Source of the DNA: Pyrinomonadaceae bacterium
Lineage (GTDB): Bacteria; Acidobacteriota; Blastocatellia; Pyrinomonadales; Pyrinomonadaceae
Assembly (NCBI GenBank): GCA_031366425.1
Contig: JANLZV010000361.1
Span: 1-39,706, forward strand
Reading direction: 5' to 3'
Length of the DNA stretch: 39,706 nt
The notes beneath the pieces are model-generated. The model saw nothing but the letters and a program-made list of their open reading frames with translations. It ran no database searches and was not told the DNA's origin. A program made the position numbers and the translations under genes. Positions 36,248 through 39,706 of this stretch are shown piece by piece. Each line of letters starts with the position of its first letter. The first letter of the stretch is position 1.

Positions 36248-36761
36248 AACTCTATTGATACTTCTGCCGGCGTTTGCTTTGTTCGGCTTACTCACCACGA
36301 CAGCGCGCGCGTCTGACGAATCGGATGTACGCAACACGGTGCAGAACGTTTTTCAGCAACTCAAATCAAGAGATTACGGCACCGTCTATGATTCCCTGCC
36401 GGCGTCGAGCCGTAAGCGAATGACGCGGGAACGATTTGCGAGCGCGTTGCAGCGCGCACAGGACCGTTATTCCCTCGATCGGATCAGCATTGGGAGCGTG
36501 CGAGTTTCCGGAAACATTGCCGTCGCTGACACGGAACTCTTCGGCCGCGTCACCAAGCCGCTTACGCTTGATGGAAAAATTGTCGTGCAGCAATACCTGG
36601 TGCGTGAGGACGGTAAGTGGCGCGTGGCCACCGGCGACACGGCGACGATTCAACGGTTCCTCAAAGCCAACCCCGCGTTTGGACGCAAGTTTCCGATCCG
36701 GCAGCCCCGCGTCTACATCAAGCAGAATGATAAGTGGGTGGAATTTAATCTGAAGCGCTAA
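36222..36761 (+). CDS. Secreted hypothetical protein (possibly NTF2-like fold)
   Basis: The track ORF starts at 36108. ATG 36222 gives the signal peptide MITRIRKIKTLLILLPAFALFGLLTTTARA. The mature part (DVRNTVQNVFQQLKSRDYGTVYDSL...VREDGKWRVATGD) looks like small NTF2/DUF4878-type proteins (tentative). It overlaps the preceding ORF by 26 nt. Confidence 0.6.
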   Translation: MITRIRKIKTLLILLPAFALFGLLTTTARASDESDVRNTVQNVFQQLKSRDYGTVYDSLPASSRKRMTRERFASALQRAQDRYSLDRISIGSVRVSGNIAVADTELFGRVTKPLTLDGKIVVQQYLVREDGKWRVATGDTATIQRFLKANPAFGRKFPIRQPRVYIKQNDKWVEFNLKR

Positions 36762-36763
36762 GT

Positions 36764-37015
36764 CTAGCTGAGCATCAGGTCCGCAAACGAAAGTTGCGCG
36801 TCGTCGACCGGTTCGGTGTATTCGCCGTGACGAATTCGCGCCCGTGGCACCTCGAGCGCTTCGCGAACAGCGTCGAGATGAAAACGAATTATGTGCGGGG
36901 TGACGCGGACGGACGGAATGCGACGGTGGCGCGCGAGCCGCCGCACCGTTGATTCGCTCACTTGCAAGACCTTGGCAAGTTGGCGAGCAGTAAGAAATTC
37001 TTCACGCTCTTCCAT
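36764..37015 (-). CDS. HTH_17 / excisionase-family helix-turn-helix DNA-binding protein
   Basis: The track ORF starts at TTG 37057. ATG 37015 gives MEEREEFLTARQLAKVLQVSESTVRRLARHRRIPSVRVTPHIIRFHLDAVREAL, the typical MerR-superfamily HTH_17 pattern. Its stop lies 2 nt from the convergent stop at 36761. Confidence 0.7.
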   Translation of the reverse strand: MEEREEFLTARQLAKVLQVSESTVRRLARHRRIPSVRVTPHIIRFHLDAVREALEVPRARIRHGEYTEPVDDAQLSFADLMLS

Positions 37016-37127
37016 GGCTTTGAGGTGCGCAATCCTATAGCAATTGCGCGCCGGCAACCAAATATAAAACAGTTTAGGAAGGTCTGCCTGTTCGGAGTTA
37101 GCAGCTTCGACTGAGGCCGATCTGAAC

Positions 37128-37751
37128 CTACTTGCTCGCGGGCTTAACCGTAAGGGCGACTCGATAAACGGCGGCGCCGTCTACTTCGACATCTTTTGTT
37201 ACGCCGTCACCGCCGCTTGGTTTGGCAGTAATCCGATACTTGGCCGTTTCAGGGGCGAGTCGAAATACGAATGAGCCAATCTCATTTGTGATGCGGCCAT
37301 CAAGTTTTTTCACCGTACCGTCGGCTTCAATTCGAGCGAGTTCTATTTTGACGTTTGGCACGCTCCGGCCGGCTTCGTTAAAAATGCTGCCGCGAATGAA
37401 CGCAATCGAACCTTCATCAATCGTCAAAATCAGGTGATCGCCGAGCGACCGCGGCTTGCCGGCCTTGATTTCAACATTCTCGATCGTTCCGACGCTCAAC
37501 CCGGCCTTCTTTAAAGTCACTCCGTAACGACCAGGTTTCAAACCAGTTAACTGAAACTCTCCATTGCGCGCAGTGAGTCCGCGCGCAACTTCCACCTCTC
37601 CCTGCCGAACGACTACCGCGACACCTGCGGGAGTGCCGGTCTCGACCCGCACCTTTCCCTTTACGCCGCCAGTCATCTTGTCCTGCGAGTAAACGTTTAC
37701 GGCCAAAACGATCGCAACCAGCAGGGCGAGCGTTAATCTCTTGAATTTCAT
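37128..37751 (-). CDS. Secreted protein with two carboxypeptidase-regulatory-like (CarboxypepD_reg) beta-sandwich domains
   Basis: SD aggagaag lies 8 nt before ATG 37751. Signal peptide MKFKRLTLALLVAIVLAVNVYSQ. Domain 1 GVKGKVRVETGTPAGVAVVVRQGEVEVARGLTARNGEFQLTGLKPGRYGVTLKKAGL. Domain 2 IRGSIFNEAGRSVPNVKIELARIE...GSFVFRLAPETAKYRITAKP. Confidence 0.8.
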   Translation of the reverse strand: MKFKRLTLALLVAIVLAVNVYSQDKMTGGVKGKVRVETGTPAGVAVVVRQGEVEVARGLTARNGEFQLTGLKPGRYGVTLKKAGLSVGTIENVEIKAGKPRSLGDHLILTIDEGSIAFIRGSIFNEAGRSVPNVKIELARIEADGTVKKLDGRITNEIGSFVFRLAPETAKYRITAKPSGGDGVTKDVEVDGAAVYRVALTVKPASK

Positions 37752-37985
37752 GTTCTCTTCTCCTGGCTGTTTCAGAGTAACTGCGGACCGCGTTTCTCGG
37801 GGAGCAGGATGATACCACCATACGAGCAACTCTCAGCGCAACAAGTTGATGCCGGAGAGCCGTCCGCCTGTTGCCACGTTAGATTGCTCTAAAACTTGGC
37901 GAAGGGAAATTCGCTTCGTATACTGCAAATCTCCCGATCGCTTGAGCTCCCCAGCCTGGGTCGCAAATGCCGGAAAACGCTGTCC

Positions 37986-39050
37986 ATGTTTAATTCATCC
38001 GTCTTGCGTCGAACTCTTGCGCTCTTGGCCGTCGCCTTCGTGTGTGGCGGAATATATCAGCCCATGTGGCAGCCCGTCTGTCGGGCGCAGGAGCCCGACG
38101 GCCGCGGCCAGCGCCCGCGCAAAGTTTTCCCTCAGCAGCAGGAATCCCCAGAAGAAGTCCTGAAGATCGATACTGAACTCGTCTCACTCGACGTGGTCGC
38201 CAGCGACCTGGAAGGGCGACCAGTGCGGAATCTTAAGGAGGAGGATTTCAAACTCTATCTCGACGGAGTAGAGCAACCGCTTTCGTTCTTTCAGATGGAA
38301 CGACGAACCGGCGATCCTCGCCCGCTCGCGATCGTCTTCGCGCTCGACATTTCCGGCAGCATGACGGCTTTGGAAATGGAGCGCCTGCGCAGTGCGCTAA
38401 ACGCGTTCTCCGCAAGGCTGTCCGGACATTCTGCGGTTTATTCCGTCATGGCTTTTGGCATGAACGTAAAGACACTCCAGAAGTTTACTTCCGAACCTGA
38501 AAAGCTCGACCGCGCCTTTGAACGCATTGCGCGCGAACCAAGCGGACTTTCAACCCACACCTACGATGCCGTTGACGATGCGATTCGCTCCCTCGTTCGC
38601 AACGCGCCCCGCACTCGAGATCGCAGATTTTTGAAACGCGCCGTGCTGGTGGTGACGGATGGGTTTCCTGTCGGCGACACAGTGTCGGCCAGCACTGTCA
38701 TCGAACGTGCGAATGCTGCGGACGCGAGCGTTTACATAGTCACACTTCCTTCTTATTCGCGGGCGATGGCGTCAACAACCAAAACTCCTTTGCCAACGCC
38801 GCTGGACATTAGCGGGCTTGCTGAATTGACGGGGGGACGAAGTGTGTATGCCGAGGAGAACAACTACGATGCGCTGTTTCGCGCGCTGGCGGAAGAAGTG
38901 ACAGCCGCTTATGTGCTGGCTTTCTATCCACCGGAGCTAAAGCGCCGGGACGGGCAATTTCACGAAATCAAGATTGTTGGCCCGAGAGGACTCACGTTGA
39001 GGCAAAGTCGCCCGGGATATCAAGCAGGGGGAACGAGAAAGATAAACTAG
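37986..39050 (+). CDS. VWA domain protein of the acidobacterial VWFA-related type (TIGR03436-like)
   Basis: The track ORF starts at TTG 37896. ATG 37986 gives the signal peptide MFNSSVLRRTLALLAVAFVCGG. N-terminal module IDTELVSLDVVASDLEGRPVRNLKEEDFKLYLDGVEQPLSFF. MIDAS motif FALDISGSMT, later LVVTDG and VYIVTLP. Confidence 0.85.
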   Translation: MFNSSVLRRTLALLAVAFVCGGIYQPMWQPVCRAQEPDGRGQRPRKVFPQQQESPEEVLKIDTELVSLDVVASDLEGRPVRNLKEEDFKLYLDGVEQPLSFFQMERRTGDPRPLAIVFALDISGSMTALEMERLRSALNAFSARLSGHSAVYSVMAFGMNVKTLQKFTSEPEKLDRAFERIAREPSGLSTHTYDAVDDAIRSLVRNAPRTRDRRFLKRAVLVVTDGFPVGDTVSASTVIERANAADASVYIVTLPSYSRAMASTTKTPLPTPLDISGLAELTGGRSVYAEENNYDALFRALAEEVTAAYVLAFYPPELKRRDGQFHEIKIVGPRGLTLRQSRPGYQAGGTRKIN

Positions 39051-39098
39051 ACTGAAACAACGAGGCGCGCGAGGTCTTTCTACATCTCGGGAGCTGTC

Positions 39099-39281
39099 TC
39101 AAAATTCATCTTCATCGTCGTCGTCTAAATCGTCCTCTTCGGCGAGGTCGAGTTCCACCGGGTCGAGCCCAACCACTTCCAGCTCCACACCGCATTCCTC
39201 ACAGGACACGCTTTCACCTTTATCCACGTCGGTATCCACATGGACATCGGCATCACACTCGGGACATGTTCCAGTCGGCAC
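39099..39281 (-). CDS. lysW: LysW/ArgW-family zinc-ribbon protein (amino-group carrier-like) with an atypical C-terminus
   Basis: The core TGTCPECDADVHVDTDVDKGESVSCEECGVELEVVGLDPVELDLAEE is colinear with LysW (CPEC...GE.V.C..CG.ELEVV...P..L.LA.EE). The start is assigned to GTG 39281 because ggagg lies 8 nt upstream (the track uses TTG 39299). The tail is DDLDDDDEDEF rather than the canonical EDWGE. Confidence 0.6.
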   Translation of the reverse strand: MPTGTCPECDADVHVDTDVDKGESVSCEECGVELEVVGLDPVELDLAEEDDLDDDDEDEF

Positions 39282-39498
39282 TTGCACTACCTCCAGCAAA
39301 GTTGAGTTCGGCGACGATCATCCAATTCGCCATAAGCGCGCAGGTATGATTGACCGCCACAATCTAACCGCCGCTGTGAGTTTTTGCAATACTCCTGTCG
39401 CCCACAAATTCCACCTTGACGAAAGCCCGCGCGCGTACGAGAAGACAGCGAAGCGCGGGATTGGATTTTAGTTTCGTAAGCCGGTCGGCTGACGCGTT

Positions 39499-39518
39499 GA
39501 CTGTGGGTTCCCACAGTC
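39499..39518. promoter_or_regulatory. 9-2-9 palindrome in a divergent intergenic region (operator or RNA hairpin candidate)
   Basis: gactgtggg tt cccacagtc. A third related copy, ccgactgtc, lies at 39565..39573. The palindromes acacgtgt and gttaac overlap at 39546..39557. Confidence 0.35.
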
Positions 39519-39618
39519 GGGTAATCCGTACCCAGCGGAGCAGGTACACGTGTTAACATGCCCACCGACTGTCTAACGCCGCCTCGTCGGGTTGAACGAG
39601 CAGACCGATAATCCCCCT

Positions 39619-39706
39619 ATGTTCGCGTCCCTAAAACGGCCACCGGTACGACTCGCGCTTTTGGTTTCAGTCGGGCTGGTTCTGCTTGGCTCTTCGTTCT
39701 ACCTCG
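39619..39706 (+). CDS. Start of an unidentified membrane or exported protein (runs off the right edge)
   Basis: ATG 39619 opens a frame with no stop to the window end: MFASLKRPPVRLALLVSVGLVLLGSSFYL. This is a positively charged n-region followed by a hydrophobic helix. Only 29 codons are visible, so coding status is tentative. Confidence 0.4.
   Translation, partial: MFASLKRPPVRLALLVSVGLVLLGSSFYL

Noticed and set aside
36764-37015. HTH_17 gene as the marker of a prophage or integrative element
   Set aside because: No integrase, recombinase, tRNA target, direct repeats or phage-like genes occur anywhere in the window. The neighbouring genes are ordinary envelope proteins.
39300-39618. RNase P RNA, tmRNA, SRP RNA or lysine riboswitch in the non-coding stretch (a ccggcttac word on the minus strand recalled the RNase P 3' end)
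   Set aside because: The universal motifs are absent: GAGGAAAGUCCGGGC and ACAGAA-CCGGCUUA for RNase P, the tmRNA termini, GGAAGGAAGCAGC for SRP, and AGAGGUGC...CUGUCA for the L-box. The track ORFs 39287..39565 and 39364..39549 also look non-coding.
1-39706. Search for CRISPR arrays, rRNA, transposases, toxin-antitoxin pairs and known defence-system hallmarks
   Set aside because: All intergenic gaps are under 400 nt, and none contains regularly spaced repeats beyond the 3 x 14-nt unit at 9719..9760. No nuclease, helicase, methylase, reverse-transcriptase or transposase-like proteins were recognised in any frame. I therefore do not claim a defence system or mobile element.

Overview
Densely coding, moderately GC-rich bacterial chromosomal DNA. 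The gene content points to Acidobacteriota (inference): TonB-dependent receptors with CarboxypepD_reg N-termini, a VWA protein of the acidobacterial TIGR03436 type, and many PQQ_2/BamB-like propellers. I call 33 CDS. Two are partial at the window edges and are missing from the ORF track. I found no rRNA, tRNA, CRISPR array, transposase, integrase or phage genes, and no recognisable defence system. Left half (1..24.5 kb): an envelope and nutrient-acquisition region. It holds two divergent TonB-dependent receptors and seven diverged paralogues of an exported PQQ-like beta-propeller. These are interleaved with a beta-carbonic anhydrase, S9 and M28 peptidases, a secreted ankyrin protein, an Fe-alcohol dehydrogenase and a DUF3311/sodium:solute symporter pair. 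Right half: a tight minus-strand operon (rnc-lepB-yihY-like-M23-like-DCC), a PT-rich secreted protein, an atypical penicillin-binding transpeptidase, a sigma-54 two-component system with three small envelope proteins, an orphan HTH_17 gene, a CarboxypepD_reg protein, the VWA protein and an orphan LysW-like zinc-ribbon gene. The most unusual things I can support are: (i) the seven-member beta-propeller array and its tight couplings (receptor-propeller, ADH-propeller, propeller-propeller); (ii) the LysW-like gene with a non-canonical C-terminus and no partner genes; (iii) the transpeptidase with an Arg-rich N-terminal region next to the sigma-54 system; (iv) several REP-like hairpin or tandem-repeat elements. 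All functional calls rest on motif recognition by eye. No database search was run.
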